Source: Octopus bimaculoides
Lineage: Eukaryota
Direction: 5' to 3'
Assembly: GCF_001194135.2 (NCBI RefSeq)
Contig: NC_068981.1
Location: 43,732,017-43,796,016 of the forward strand
DNA length: 64,000 nucleotides
Below the pieces are notes generated by a model that was given only the letters and a program-made list of their open reading frames with translations, was not told the origin of the DNA and searched no databases. The position numbers were made by a program, and so were the translations under genes. Within the stretch, counting starts at the first letter, position 1. Every line of letters starts with the position of its first letter. Shown here one piece after another: positions 52,146 through 64,000 of this stretch.

Positions 52146-52952
52146 TGCATGATTAATTAGAAAGATATTAGAGTACTTAACAGATATCTCTAATAAGGAA
52201 TCTGTCATGGATGTGCAAGATTTCTGCTTGGTAGAAAATGTCTTTGCATTATAAGTCTATGAGAGGTGCATACAAGTTCTCATTTATAGTTTGTAATCAG
52301 AATTAAACTATAATCAGAAGGTAAGACCAACCAAAGCACAAAGAAAATTGCATACTGATGAATTTGTGGGGCACTTTCCCATGATCTAGATAAGGTCTTA
52401 TACTCAGCTTGCATTAAACAAATATAATTTTTGTTAAAGCTGTATTCACTCATTGTACTTAACTTCAAGTGTGTGAATTAAGTCAATGTGTTTTGTGTTT
52501 TGAGGTTTTAGAACACTCTTGAAAGTGATATACAAACTATGGACCTCTTTTCTAATAGTATAATGTTCTACTGGTAAGGTCAGAAAGTGACACTAATATT
52601 TTCTTTCAAATATTTGGATTAAAATTATAACATCAGTGAAATGGTCAATTTAATTTACTTTAATTGTTTACAACATATATATAGCAATCAATTTAAACTG
52701 ACCTTAGAGACAAACAAACCAAAAAGCAAATGGTAAATTACAGTTTACTTTCAAACTTTAATTATGAAGAAAATCTGTATTTTTTTTTTTTTTGCTATTT
52801 ATAAATAATTTCTCATTAATTCTTATTCTTGTAAGTCTTTGTGGTCAGTCTATAAGAAAAAAAAAAGTAAAACATAAAACTACAGCAAAATTTACCTTTC
52901 TAACCACAACTTAAACATTTTTTTTGGCAAGAAACCATTTGTTTTACTGCAG

Positions 52953-53006
52953 CCATCTTCAAGAAACGCTTCATAAACCTTACATGCACCAGAGGTCACT
53001 TCTAAG
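52953..53006 (+). CDS. Candidate 54-nt exon (HLQETLHKPYMHQRSLL in phase 2)
   Basis: Strong acceptor tttgttttactgcag, AAG|gtaaag donor, length 3n. The same region is also open and splice-bounded on the minus strand, so the call is ambiguous. Confidence 0.28.
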
Positions 53007-54799
53007 GTAAAGTGAATTTTCTTTTGAATGCCAAATTCATGTGAACAGCATACATCAGCAATGAGATATTATCAGAATGTCTAAGAAATTGAAATTGCTC
53101 CATTACACTCAGGTTATTGATATGCAAGAAGCAAATTATTTCCTTTTATGAAATATAGGAATATTTCAATTTTTTTTTTTCCCATTATTTTATCAATATG
53201 TCTGCTTTAACAAATACACACCTAAATTCAGAAATACCTAAAAGAAATGTGTTTTCATGAAGCTAGAAATTTTACTAAAGTTTTCAGTCTTTCTTAATGT
53301 ATATGTGTGTGTGTCATTATCTCACTTTCACACATACACACAAATATACACACATACATACACACACATACCAGCATACATACATACATATATACATATA
53401 TAAAATAAAATTATGCATATAAATGTGGTACACACATGCATATATATATACATATAAATATATATGTGTGCGTGTGTGTGTGTGTATATGTATAACTATG
53501 ATATAATATAATGATATAATAATGTAATATGATATAATGTATATACGTCTGGTACATATAATTCAGTCTCAATATTTTGATACAATGTAATAATGCTTTT
53601 GTTTTTAAAAATAAATTCTACTAATCTTGGTCTTGTTGAGTCTCTTTGACTTAACCCCACAGCCTAGCATCTTATGTGAGTTTAGTAGATTCCACTCTGT
53701 TGCAAGTGTTTTGGTCAGGTTTCTGGTTTGAAGATATCTTCCTCCCTCCTTCCAACTACTCTCGAAAATTTCCATTACAGGAGATGAGCACTGCCTTCTC
53801 AACTAACTAAAAGATAAGAGATAAAAAAAGGTTGACTGATAAAGTTGATTTCAACAAGATTTTAATTCAGAATACTGAAAGATAGAAATAACAGGCAGCC
53901 ATTTATTGAAGCATGTATTCTTTCTGTCAAATTACTGCTAATGTAAATGAATAGAACATTAAATAGTTAAAACAGTTACATCCAAAAATAGACATTCAAA
54001 AGGACAGTGCGTTTATTTTTTTTTTTAATTTTTTTTTTAAGCTTTTGCTGGCTTATTTTATTTCATCAGTCAGAAATCTTGGTAGGTTATGTGATCTGAC
54101 CAGTATATGATGTTATATTAGCCATGCATGATCTGCTGTAGGAGAGAAACTATTTATGTTTTATTTGTTGGCTTGTCATTTTCAGGTCAGCTCTATGATC
54201 AACATTATTCCAGCCATGACCATCATGTCATTTTTGCATAACTAAAATTACACTGGCCAATATATTCTCTCTGATAATAGGGTTGTGATTTGAGAAATTC
54301 TTCCTGCTGTTTCAAGCAGGTTGAGTAAACATGTAGAGCCTCCTTCATTTACTCATAACAATATTTGGCTCTCTGATGTCTGTGTTGTTTGTCTTGGATA
54401 GCTCCTGTGGACCTTGAATGAGCAGTCATTTTGTATATGTAATCAAGCATCTAAATGAATCCATTAAACTAACCCATGATATGGATTGTATCGCATGAAT
54501 ATTTTATAGCATGATAATGGCTCTAATATTCCATATGGCACAACACTTTGTATGTTCTTACAGCAGTTGTGTTATAATTAGTTTTGGTATTAGGACCTCT
54601 GCCTTCATTCAATCATACTAAATGATTAAAATTGAAAGACAGTTCAAATAGGATAAATAGAAAACATTTAAGGAAGTTAACACTGATTTAAACAAGCAAG
54701 GGAAAATGAAGTGGAGAGATACATTTCTTAATATTCCTGTCTTTACAATATCAGAGGAAATTTCTTAGTTTTCACATTAAGGTGCTGTAATATCAGAAG

Positions 54800-55105
54800 C
54801 CCAAAATCATTAGTAGTTTTGCCAAATAGTAAGGAATGTCTCTGTTGTACTAATTTATCAAAGGTGCTGAAATTGGATCAGACACGTCCTCAAACAAGAT
54901 CAACAAAGTGGTTGTATGGTGGCACTAAAGTGAAAAACAGGAGAAAAGAGCAGCAGGGTGTCCAAAAAGCATATGGTGAAAGACCATTGACAAGGAAACG
55001 AAGTGAGAAGAGTGGAGAAGCTGCAATGAGACAAGAACAGAGCTGGCTGGAAAGAACCTGTTGTAGCCTTATGTGCCTCATAGCACAGAGAGAACTGACT
55101 AACTA
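54800..55105 (+). mobile_element. Decayed RTE-class LINE 3' end
   Basis: Remnants of G.PK..W..T and a terminal AALC..H.ED-like segment. Confidence 0.5.
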
Positions 55106-58100
55106 ATCTATCTACTAGTATTATCCCTACTTATTAGATCAAATCTCTTGAAAAAAATGAGCCTAAATTTAAGAAAATATTTGATGATGTTGCTTCAATG
55201 ATGCTGAGCTTTTATAGCACCTCATTACACTATTGTGTCCTATGTCTCTGTAAAGACATTAACCAGTTGGCTTCAGTACCTTTTTTTGTCTTCTGTATTT
55301 AGGCCTGAGCTTTTCCTATTAGAAAATATTAAATAAATAATTTAGAAACAGCACTAATCCTCTTATGTAATGCATCTCAAATAAAATAACATTCAGAAAG
55401 CTACTAAGGCAAATTTTATATACTAATTTACAATGCTCTTTTATATTTTAGCTGAGATATTTGTATTTATCATCATCATTTAACATTTTAGCACAATCAT
55501 GTCATATCTTAATGATTATAAAACATATATAAAATAATTAAAAAGAAAAAAAGTAGTGGAAATAACAAAGGTCTAATTTTGTATAAGATTTATGTATTCT
55601 AGTATATATAAAACAGGACACAGATTCCAATCCCCCAGAATTCCTCAGAGATCTTTCAATCTACACAAAATTCCTCGGGATCCCAGTATTTCATTCAGTT
55701 GTTAGTAACCCCCACTTTCCTATATCTTAACAAATAACACTTTAAATGATTTTGATAATACATCAATTTCCAGTGAAATGGTATATTATAAAAACGATGA
55801 TGAAGATGATTATGATGATGACAAGGATGTGGACAACAAAGATAACAAAAATGATTATAATTATGATCATGTTGATCATGATGATGAGGATAATAAGATA
55901 TAGTAGTAAGTTTCTCACGAACTTTTATATTTTTGAGATGTTTAAATGGTTAAAAGCAACATATTGAAATATTATTTAAAACATGACAAAACTTCTCAGT
56001 AAATCATTTGCATAAAGGTCAAAAGGTTATATTTTATGTTTAAAGCTTTTTCTTGTTGTTTTTGTTTTTGTCCTGATAATATTTCTGCCTTTTTCTAACT
56101 GTTGATTATGAAATGAAATTTCTAAATATAAATTTTAATTAAGAAGTCATTGTGTAAATAAAATTATTTTTATTTTGTTACAACTATGATGAAGAATCAA
56201 TTGAATTTATTAGTCATTCCATAACTCTTTTAATTTTATAATTTACCCATACTAAATTTTAAATTCTTGCTTGTCTTTTCATAGAAGTAGTTAGTTAGAA
56301 ATGAAGCAGTTGAATGTCTAGATAGGTGTGATGCTGGACTAACAGCTAACAGATCTTCATTTCAAATCCACAGCAGACATTTTTATGCCTCAGGAGGGTA
56401 GTTAGGGTGGGGTAATAAACTGAATTCTCCAAATCAAATCAACTATGTATTATATTTCAAAGTAGGAAAAAAGTTACACATGACTTCTTCAATGTGGATT
56501 GTTTTGTCAAATATAATAACATTTTTACTTTTATTTGCTGTAACAGTGCACTATAGGTACTTCTCCAGGATGAACTTTGCCAAGTTAGGGAAAGCAAACT
56601 AATAAAGAGGTAACAGAAATGACTAAAGCAAGAACATCATGGCAGCAAATCTATCTCAGTACAGTCTATTGACAAATTTGAAATCACACTGCCAGTTAAT
56701 AAAAACACCTCTTCAATTTCACCATGTTCAGATGGTTTACTGAAATGACACTTAGTTCTCTCTCAACCTCTGGAGTACCAAAATATACCAAATGTGTACT
56801 TACCTTCCAGAAATGATTTCAGTTATTGATCAACATATTGTCCAAGAGAATATTTATCATTAACTCACATAATCTTATAAATTAGAGTCATAAATAGCTG
56901 CTATTGCTCGAAAGTTTGAAGACTTTCAAGTTGTGAATAATAGGTAGCAGTTCTCTTACAGGGGAAAATGTATTTATAATTCATATGTCATTAATTTAGA
57001 ACTATGCATAATTCATCAGCCCATTGAGGTTTCTGAGACATTTAGGAGAGAATTTGCAGTTTATCTAGCTATAGGGAATAAATACCAGATCTTTAGCATC
57101 CTATCCAGAGACAGACTTTAGTCATGAAAATAGAATAACACACAAGAACTTCATCTCCCACAGTTTTATAGATAGAAGATTATATTTTATTATAATGTAG
57201 TGTTAACACTTCCATCACTATATTTCTAATAAATTTACTGCCTATGTTTTTCAATTAATTTTCAATATAACTGAAGTATCGGAGGGAGATTAATGAAAAT
57301 ATTTGTAACATTATATATTGGTTTATATTATGCTGTTGTTGATTTACTCATAGTATATGTTATCATTTGTGTTATGAGATTTTGATCAATATTGCAAGTT
57401 AGATATGAACACTTTAGTACAGGTGATCTCAGGCCAGTTAGTATTAAGAAGGTTAAGTAGACTATTTCCTTTACTTCATCTACTTAACTTTAAGCATGGG
57501 AGGAGTGACATAATCAGATCTTCTGGGAATGTTACCTGGAGAGATTAAATCAACTGAATCTAGAACTAAACAAGAGCTTAAAAAGATACATACGATTTGT
57601 GGATAAATTTATCACCATCATTATCAGTCATACTATATTTACTTTATCGTTGTTTTGTTCTTCTTTGAACACTCTAGTAGTTAATGTATAAATTATGTGT
57701 CACATTAGAGTTGTAAAATGGCTGAAACAGTTCTGTGATGGATTAAATAACTGTCTTGTAGAATGACCCCAAGTTGTCATTAAAGACAGGTTGGGAAATA
57801 AATAACTGGTTTCATACCATTAGTTTAAACTGACTGACTGCACAAACATCTAATGAGAAACAGTTTGTTTTGTCTCAGGCATGTCTTTGCTAATATTGGT
57901 CTCATATACCCTAAAAATTAGTGACTGGGTAATATAACCCCAAATTACTTTCACCAAGACTAAATATATTTTGAAGGCATTTATATTTTCTTTCTTAAAT
58001 ATGTGATTTTTCAGCAACAGCTACATATCTCATGATGTCTTTATTTATAGACAGCTACTATGTTTATAAATATAAACCCAGTGTCTCTCCATATTTTCTA

Positions 58101-58521
58101 AGACCAACAGAGGACCATTAAGATCACATTAAGTTCGCATATATCACTCTTAGCTCTTAAAGTGTCTGTAGGTACCTAAATAAGAAAGCCTAAAATTGCT
58201 AAGATCCTACAATCAACATCCAGTTGCAAATTTAACTTTAAATAATTTTATTCCTTTGACAATTTAAATAAAAAATACAATGATACAAATAATAAATAGA
58301 TAAATGAATAAGTTATAAATAAATAAATATAAAAACAATTTTCTATTTCTGCCTGTAGTAATATTTTTACAAATTTAAAAGTTCCTGAATATTATACCCT
58401 TTTTCAAATCAAGAAACATAATATATAAAAATCTATGAATAGATAGTTTCTGCAACATTATTGATGTAAGAAAGGGGAAAAAAGTCTCATGAGATATAAC
58501 CATAACAACACAAATTAAAAC

Positions 58522-58528
58522 AGTAGTG

Positions 58529-58588
<60 letters not shown>
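58522..58588. repeat. (AGT)n microsatellite
   Basis: Directly visible. Confidence 0.95.
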
Positions 58589-58867
58589 AGAATAATGTAT
58601 TCCTGTCAATGGAAGTACAGTGATTTTAAAACATGAAATAAATTGAACGTTATTTTCCTAGTTGTTTCCACATTATAGATAATATGCAAAAGAAACAAGC
58701 ACAAATGCATGCATATCTATATTGCTTTATGTCAATATTATGTACATACCTGTGTGTGTGTGAATAACATACATATATGCACATGTGTATGTATAAGCAT
58801 TGGCATATGCATGAATGTGTGTGCATATTTATGCATACATATGTACATACACACGCATATATATGTA

Positions 58868-58905
<38 letters not shown>

Positions 58906-59050
58906 CATACATACATACACACATACACCACACACACACACACAAATTGAAGTCTATTATTTTCCTTATAATATCAGTTTCATGAACTAGGAAAGTGTAC
59001 AAATGTATACATATTTTCATACATATGTTTATGTGCATGCACATGTGTAT

Positions 59051-59116
<66 letters not shown>

Positions 59117-59659
59117 TGAGAGAGAGAGAGAGAGAGAGAAAGAGAAAGAGAGTGTGATTATGATGTGCATGTGTGTGTAAGTGGGGCCACAGATAGGTGA
59201 ACAGATGTGTCTCAGGCCTGATAATGTTGCACATAGACTACGGAATATATTCAACTGAAATGAAATTCAAATAGATTTCCTTTTATTGTAAATAAAACTA
59301 GAAATTTGTTTAGAAATTAGTTATGCAATCAGAGTCGTTGTTGTTTTGCCCAGATCAGTCTTGATCAAGTAAACTGATCATGAATAGAATTCCAACAGGG
59401 ACAAATCATTTTGTAATCATTTTTGGCAGAGCATATTTAGAATTTATCTATTTGGGTTAACCAAAGTCTTGTGAATGTATTTATTAGGGAAAAACTAAAA
59501 GAAGCTCATCATATATATATATATACATATATTATTTTGCTTAGAGGTTTAAAACTATATACATGCATATATATATATGTGTGTTGTGTATGTATCATCA
59601 TAATTATCATCATCATTGTCATCATCGTTGTCATTGTCATTGTTGTCATCGCTCTCATC

Positions 59660-59830
59660 CTCCTCATCATCATCACTATTTTAACATACACTTTTCCATG
59701 CTCACACGCCATGAATGGAACTTCGAGGTGGATTTTCTACAGCTTGATGCCCTTCCTGTCACCAACCCTCATCTCTTTCCAAATAATGTAATATTTCCTC
59801 ATAACCAGGCATGTTTTCAGAGACAGTAAC
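59660..59830 (-). mobile_element. RTE-type 3' tail with (CAT)n
   Basis: catcatcactattttaacatacacttttccatgc...gatgcccttcctgtcaccaacc. Confidence 0.75.
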
Positions 59831-60204
59831 GTACACATCTACTTACAAGACTTTTGTTGACCCAGGATTATAGTAGAAGACACGTGGAGAAGGTGCCATG
59901 CAGTGAGACTGAAGTTGTAACCATTTGTTTGGGAAGCAAACAACTTGTCTCACAGTCACAATATACATACATATTCATATATATATATATATATATATAN
60001 NNNNNNNNNNNNNNNNNNNNNNNNNNNNNNNNNNNNNNNNNNNNNNNNNNNNNNNNNNNNNNNNNNNNNNNNNNNNNNNNNNNNNNNNNNNNNNNNNNNN
60101 NNNNNNNNNNNNNNNNNNNNNNNNNNNNNNNNNNNNNNNNNNNNNNNNNNNNNNNNNNNNNNNNNNNNNNNNNNNNNNNNNTATATATATATATATATAT
60201 ATGT

Positions 60205-60803
60205 ATATGTGTGCAAGAGAGGCGACTGCACTGGTATGGTCATGTGTTGCGTATGGATGAGGACAGCTGTATGAAAAAGTGTCACACCCTAATAGTGGAG
60301 GGAACCTGTGGAAGAGGTAGACCCAGGAAGACATGGGATGAGGTGGTGAAGCATGACCTTCAAACGTTGGGCCTCACAGAGGCAATGACAAGCGACTGAG
60401 ACCTTTGGAGATATGCTGTGCATGCGAAGACTTGTTGAGTCAAGTGAAATCATAGTCATGGCCAATGCTAGTGTCACCTGATAAGTACCCATGCCAGTGG
60501 CACATAAAACACTATTTGAGCATGGTTGATGCCAGTGCCACCGACTGGTTCCCATGCTGGTGGTATGTAAAAAGCACCGTTCAAACGTGGTCAATGCCAG
60601 GCCCACCTGACTGGCGCCTGTACTGGTAGCATGTAAAAAGCACCCATTACACTCTTGGACTGGTTGGTGTCAGGAAGGGCATCCAGCGGTAGAAACCTTG
60701 CCAGATCAGGTTGGAGCCTGGTGCAGCCTCCTGGCTTGCCAATCCTCAGTCAAACCATCCAACCCATGCCAGTATGGAAAGCAGACGTTAGACGATGACG
60801 ATA
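60205..60803 (+). mobile_element. RTE LINE 3' end (ORF C-terminus, 3' UTR with subrepeats, GAT-type tail)
   Basis: VQERRLHWYGHVLRMDEDSCMKKCHTLIVEGTCGRGRPRKTWDEVVKHDL. This UTR matches the many short tail copies in the window. Confidence 0.93.
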
Positions 60804-60806
60804 AAG

Positions 60807-60852
<46 letters not shown>

Positions 60853-61304
60853 CGTTGCTATTATGTTAAACTGTTGTATGTCCAAATTTGGTCAAATGAT
60901 TTTTTCAATATTTATTTTTCCTTGCAATAGATGGTTCTTTTAGTCAAACTAGTGTATCTCCAGCTGCTTCAGTATGTGGCATTGACAAGTCAAAAAGATG
61001 ATGAAACATCGATATCTGTCACTCCAGAAAAAAGGAATTTGATGCGAGTTGTCTCACTTGGCTATGACTTGCTTTTAGGTGTTTTTACACCTGGGGCATT
61101 GAGAATATATTCTCTTATGCGTAAAAGACACAGCTACCTGACAAACTAACGACACACTTGCCTCATGTATGTGTGTTCGACTTTGTATAATATATATTAC
61201 CTGGAAGTATCTGATCTCATAATTTTTATACACATTCATGAAAGAACTGAATGTTAAACGAAGAATATTCTATAAATATAATAGATGTATTCATGAAATT
61301 GGTT

Positions 61305-61505
61305 TCACAGTTTTGGCACAACATTAGCAATTTTGTGGGAGGGAGCAAGTTTCTTATATCAACCCCAGTGCTCAACTGGTGTTTATTTCATTGACCTTGG
61401 AAAGACGAAAGGGAAAACAGAATTTAAATACAGAACAAAAAGACAGACGAAATGCAACTAAACATTTTGCCCATCTTGCTTATGATTCTGCTTCCTTGCC
61501 ACCTA
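61305..61505 (-). mobile_element. SINE family B, degenerate
   Basis: gaatttaaatacagaac..agacagacgaaatgc..taaacattttgccc. Confidence 0.7.
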
Positions 61506-61979
61506 AGATCTAGTCATAATGTTAAAACGTGGCAACTAATATTTCAGCAGTGACTCTTCTCTAAGGATCAAGAGAAAATGCATTTTCTCTAATGATGCTT
61601 TGTGAATATTAGCTTTAGTAAAAGAAAGATGGCGATATAAGAATATGAATAAATGTATTTATCTGTATGTGTAATTTGAAAATCAAATAAGCAAGATGAC
61701 ATAAGTTCGCAATATTATCTTGATACTCCTGGAATGAATTAATTTGTTGTAAGACTATCTTTCTGCAGAAAATGGAAAAAGGTAAAAAGGAAAGACAAGA
61801 TGAAACTGGGAAAATACAGACGGGGGAAAAAAAAAGAAAAAAATGAAAAATTCAGAAATACAATTCAAGTAAAACTAGCATTGTAGTAGACTGGACAGGT
61901 ACAGTTGTTAAATAGGTGCTGGAAGAAATATGGAAAGGAGCAGAATAAACAGAAAAATATAAGAAGAAAGGTGTGTGTG

Positions 61980-62011
<32 letters not shown>

Positions 62012-62018
<7 letters not shown>

Positions 62019-63990
62019 TAATTTTTGTATAACTATGTATTGTTAATATAACAATACATAAAGACGGGCCAGAGTTGAAGTGCTCAGCATGAGCTAGAAT
62101 TCATCTTATAGTAAAAATGGATACAAAACTAAATCGGACTTGGGTAGGATTAGCAAATGTATTCTAGATCGGATTATAGCAGTGATAAAGAAAAAACACA
62201 ACTCCCTTTATGGGAATCAACAAATGATGTTATAGTCTGGTTCCATAAACATGAACATCATAAAACTTCATCCTTCGTACAGTTCGATATTTCAAATTAT
62301 TACTCTTCGATCTCCCCAATTTTATTAAATAAGGCAATTATTTTCGCCCGCAACAAGTATATTGAAATTTCAAGCTTGGACATTGATATTATTCAAGCGG
62401 CTCGTATGACTCTTATTAGTTATGCAAACCAGCACTGNNNNNNNNNNNNNNNNNNNNNNNNNNNNNNNNNNNNNNNNNNNNNNNNNNNNNNNNNNNNNNN
62501 NNNNNNNNNNNNNNNNNNNNNNNNNNNNNNNNNNNNNNNNNNNNNNNNNNNNNNNNNNNNNNNNNNNNNNNNNNNNNNNNNNNNNNNNNNNNNNNNNNNN
62601 NNNNNNNNNNNNNNNNNNNNNNNNNNNNNNNNNNNNNNNNNNNNNNNNNNNNNNNNNNNNNNNNNNNNNNNNNNNNNNNNNNNNNNNNNNNNNNNNNNNN
62701 NNNNNNNNNNNNNNNNNNNNNNNNNNNNNNNNNNNNNNNNNNNNNNNNNNNNNNNNNNNNNNNNNNNNNNNNNNNNNNNNNNNNNNTATCCGTATATCAA
62801 ATCTATCGGCAAATGAAAATATATTTAATAAATATGCACCAATATATAACAATGCCTTAAAGCTAAGCGGCTTTACGAAAAATATAGAGTATATACATGA
62901 TACAAAATTAAAAATAAAGCTGGCCAACATTAAGGATAGGCAAGGACTAACAGCCTTTGGCACGAACTCATCAGTCGATACACTACCCAACCATACACGA
63001 ATTATGGGGACTAATGATAGAGATTATAGAATAAATTGCGATAACATAAAACAAGATAAAATAGGAAACCATAAAAGTAAGGATAATAGTAACAATAAAA
63101 ATAGAGGTTATAATATGAAGTACTCGAGATATAGAAATGATAACCGGGTGCTACTGAATGAGTCATCCTCTATGACCAAATCCAGAATCCATCATGTTAT
63201 CTGGTTCGCCCCTCCCTTCTCACTAAGAGTAAGAGGTCTTCCTAAATTATTTTTTAAAATATTAAAGGAAAATTTCCCTAAGCACCACAAGTACTACACC
63301 ATTTGTAATAAATCAACAATAAAATTAGCCTATTCCGCTACTCCAAATGTAGGATCTATCATCTCTAAAATGAATAGGAATAAAATTAGACACTATAATG
63401 ATAGTAGGAACATTAATGAGGATAACCCTGATGGAAATAAATATGATAATTTGAGACCTAGTAACAATACTACTGCAAAAGATCATAGCATGTGACTGTA
63501 AAAGATCATAGCATGTGACTGTAAAAGATCATAGCATGAATTCGAACTTAGAATAGTAATAATAATGATTTAGATANNNNNNNNNNGAATTCGAACTTAG
63601 AATAGTAATAATAATGATTTAGATAGGAAAACTTCCATGAGTTAATAGTTATAAAAATAATACAATATAATTTAATATATAAGGAATAAAAATAATATAA
63701 AATAAAATAAATAGAAGTACCAATAAACATTATATAAGCAGGCCGGAATAGAACTAGTATAATTTGAACTTGTATCGATGATTAGGGATAAACTTATAAA
63801 TGGATTAATAAATGAAATAAGAAATAAAATTAAATAAAATTAAACATGGAAATAAAATACAAACAAAATATTATTATGAATTAATCCGCAATAAGATATG
63901 ATTAGGTTAGTGATTTAATTTAATTTATCAACCTATGCTAATTAGGTATTAATACATATTCTTCGGTCTTTTTTTTTCTTTTCTTATATA
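62012..63990 (+). mobile_element. Penelope-like element: 5'-truncated RT with thumb/linker, endonuclease domain missing, flanked by (TA)n
   Basis: TKSDLGRISKCILDRI [frameshift near 62190] TQLPLWESTNDVIVWF..FVQFDISNYYSSIS, RISNLSANENIFN..YNNALKLSGF, IWFAPPFS..KENFPKHHK..STIKLAYSATPNVGSII. An N-gap at 62438-62787 hides the catalytic core. Confidence 0.88.
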
Positions 63991-64000
63991 TATACGTAAT

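Noticed and set aside
60931-61149. 72-aa ORF after a ttttccttgcaatag acceptor (alternative frame DGSFSQTSVSPAASVCGIDKSKR*)
   Set aside because: No recognisable homology and no convincing donor or frame choice. It remains an untested exon possibility.
63538-63627. 39-bp direct repeat across a 10-N gap
   Set aside because: Typical unmerged overlap in scaffolding.
1-64000. tRNA genes, rRNA, CRISPR arrays, prokaryotic operons
   Set aside because: None seen. The A/B-box motifs belong to SINE heads and the regularly spaced repeats are SINE multimers or microsatellites.

Overview
AT-rich eukaryotic DNA with no prokaryotic genes, rRNA or CRISPR. The SINE and RTE-tail families, dense (TA)n/(CA)n/(GAT)n microsatellites and N-gaps look like an octopus (cephalopod) draft assembly; this taxon call is from recall, not a search. 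Most of the window is intron-like or intergenic transposon debris: two tRNA-headed SINE families, many RTE LINE fragments, an L1/Tx1 3' end, an RLE-type LINE remnant, three Tc1/mariner relics, a Chapaev3-like transposase relic and several Penelope-like elements (PLEs). Most ORFs in the supplied track are microsatellite or gap artefacts. No host gene could be identified; a few splice-bounded exon candidates are listed at low confidence. The main result is a set of short PLE-type cassettes with inverted tails. Two of them carry hammerhead ribozymes that fold fully by hand (11143-11204 and 27855-27905, both minus strand). The first sits in an ORF-less, terminally redundant ~507-bp unit inserted with a 12-bp target-site duplication into an older PLE, which resembles a retrozyme. 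All alignments and folds were done by eye and most repeat boundaries are approximate.
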